In this document: piece by piece, positions 62,706 through 64,000 of the stretch | How positions within the stretch are numbered: the first letter of the stretch is position 1 | How the letters are laid out: every line of letters starts with the position of its first letter | DNA from: Bdellovibrionales bacterium | GTDB lineage: Bacteria; Bdellovibrionota; Bdellovibrionia; Bdellovibrionales; UBA1609 | Direction: 5' to 3' | DNA length: 64,000 nt | Assembly: GCA_965261545.1 (NCBI GenBank) | Contig: CBDHDF010000011.1 | Coordinates: 192,001-256,000, forward strand | Position numbers and translations under genes: made by a program | The notes under the pieces: model-generated | Seen by the model: only the letters and a program-made list of their open reading frames with translations | The model's database searches: none | What the model was told of the DNA's origin: nothing

Positions 62706-64000
62706 CCTTCTGGCTTTGGGAGGTATCTATAGGTGCCGAAAAAGATCCAACACTATCATTGTGCTTACCTTCCGAAGTGAGTTTTTCAGGTGGCTTTTCT
62801 AATGGTTTTGAGGAAGAAGAAATGAACTTTCTCATCCTTTCTTTAATCTCCTCTGTGGAAATAAAAGGTGTTTGAACCTCATCCATATCAACACCCACCT
62901 TGCTGATGGCACGACCTGCAATCTTTGGAAGGTCGCGAGCGGCCTTCGTACCAATAACAAGAGCTGAACCTTGAACAGATATAACTTTGAAACAAAGTCT
63001 CCCCTCAATGTTTTCCTGAATGTGGGTGCTCACCGTGTGTTTGCTAATTTTCTGAGTCCCTAGCACCAAATGAATCCGAGCCGCCCGTGATAGCTTGGCA
63101 ATCTCATCTGTGATTTGAGTGGCCTTCAGTGAACTTTTCCTTTGAAGATCGGTTTTCCGAGAAAAGTCATACAACATCGAACACTCATCTATGAGAATCA
63201 AGATGGGGTCTTTTTTGTGCTTCTGGGGGTCAATGACGTCATCATCTCCTTTTTCTAATATCTTAAAGCGTTCTTGCATTTCGCATTGAATCTTTTCTAA
63301 AATCTCAACAGCCTCAAAAATATCTTTTATCACCGTCACCCTTGGATGTTCCCGAAAGGGCTTCATAGAAATACCCTGTTTAAAATCAAGGGCATAAACC
63401 TGAAGATTCGGAGTGTTTTCCAAGAGATTAAGAAGCATTTGCCTAAGAAAGCATGACTTCCCCATGCCTGTGCTTCCAGCCACCAGCATATGAGGCAGAT
63501 CAAAAAGATTTTGGGTGATTGTCTCCCCATGACTCTGACCTACAACAAACTCTCCGGATTTGGAGGCTTTTGCGCAAACACTGGCATAGGCTACCTTTTG
63601 AGGTAGTAGCTGATTTGTAAGAAAAAGCTCCACAAACTTGGGCTGAGACTGCTCAACAATGGATTCCACTTGGGAGTTTAAAGACGCTCTAATGGCATTT
63701 TTCTTTTTTTGAAAATCCTCTATAGGAACCCCGTGGGTGTCCACAATCACTTTATGGCGAAAAGAGGTTAAGTTCACCACATCCACAGCAATGGGTTGAG
63801 TTCCCAAGGCATTTTTTAACCCCGCTTTTCTTAAAGCCTTTGTGACCCTCTTCATCTTTTTTATGCTTCCATAGGATAAAATATAGATGATAATTGCAAG
63901 CAAGGGGGTACTCAAAATGAGGAAGTGAACTTCCCATGATAGACTTCCCATGGTTCTTACAAAAGACAATGGAACAGTTTCGGGATACCATTTGTTGAGC
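62686..64000 (-). CDS. FtsK/SpoIIIE ATPase (5' end beyond window)
   Basis: PHMLVAGSTGMGKS; IDEC; SRAARIHLVLGTQK; frame open to the edge. Confidence 0.9.
   Translation of the reverse strand, partial: LNKWYPETVPLSFVRTMGSLSWEVHFLILSTPLLAIIIYILSYGSIKKMKRVTKALRKAGLKNALGTQPIAVDVVNLTSFRHKVIVDTHGVPIEDFQKKKNAIRASLNSQVESIVEQSQPKFVELFLTNQLLPQKVAYASVCAKASKSGEFVVGQSHGETITQNLFDLPHMLVAGSTGMGKSCFLRQMLLNLLENTPNLQVYALDFKQGISMKPFREHPRVTVIKDIFEAVEILEKIQCEMQERFKILEKGDDDVIDPQKHKKDPILILIDECSMLYDFSRKTDLQRKSSLKATQITDEIAKLSRAARIHLVLGTQKISKHTVSTHIQENIEGRLCFKVISVQGSALVIGTKAARDLPKIAGRAISKVGVDMDEVQTPFISTEEIKERMRKFISSSSKPLEKPPEKLTSEGKHNDSVGSFSAPIDTSQSQKVEIHGE

Larger units (their letters stand above)
58803..64000 (-). mobile_element. 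ICE2, left portion; continues beyond the window
   Basis: int, xis, hypothetical, lipoprotein, Replic_Relax and FtsK in the same order as ICE1. Confidence 0.85.

Overview
Mobile-element-dense bacterial region with no housekeeping genes. The host is probably Bdellovibrionota/deltaproteobacteria-like, inferred only from the pilin and ICE protein types. It contains a tRNA-Leu(CAA) preceded by two tandem 166/167-bp units that each carry the tRNA 5' half. An ~31-kb integrative conjugative element (ICE1) follows the tRNA. ICE1 has a tyrosine integrase, an excisionase, a Mom-like gene, a Replic_Relax protein, an FtsK ATPase, virB2/3/4/5/6/8/9/10-like genes and two sigma-70 region-4 proteins. It also has a divergent operon: sigma54 response regulator, small secreted protein, family-5 SBP, YcaO and histidine kinase. 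A related ICE2 starts at 58803 and runs off the right edge. Many IS are present, often nested: two IS21 families x2 copies, IS1634 in virB10, IS256 in a type IV pilin, IS91-like x2 plus a fragment, IS4, ISNCY, an ISKra4 fragment, an rve transposase and a large serine recombinase element. The strongest novelty candidate is a possible YcaO/peptide-sensing two-component circuit next to a complete divergent sigma54 promoter (UAS, IHF site, -24/-12) that faces the ICE regulator and transfer genes. Other leads are a shared DnaA-box palindrome in both IS21 families, conserved AUU starts in both ICE lipoproteins, and duplicated leader peptides. Protein calls come from motif recognition only; no searches were run.
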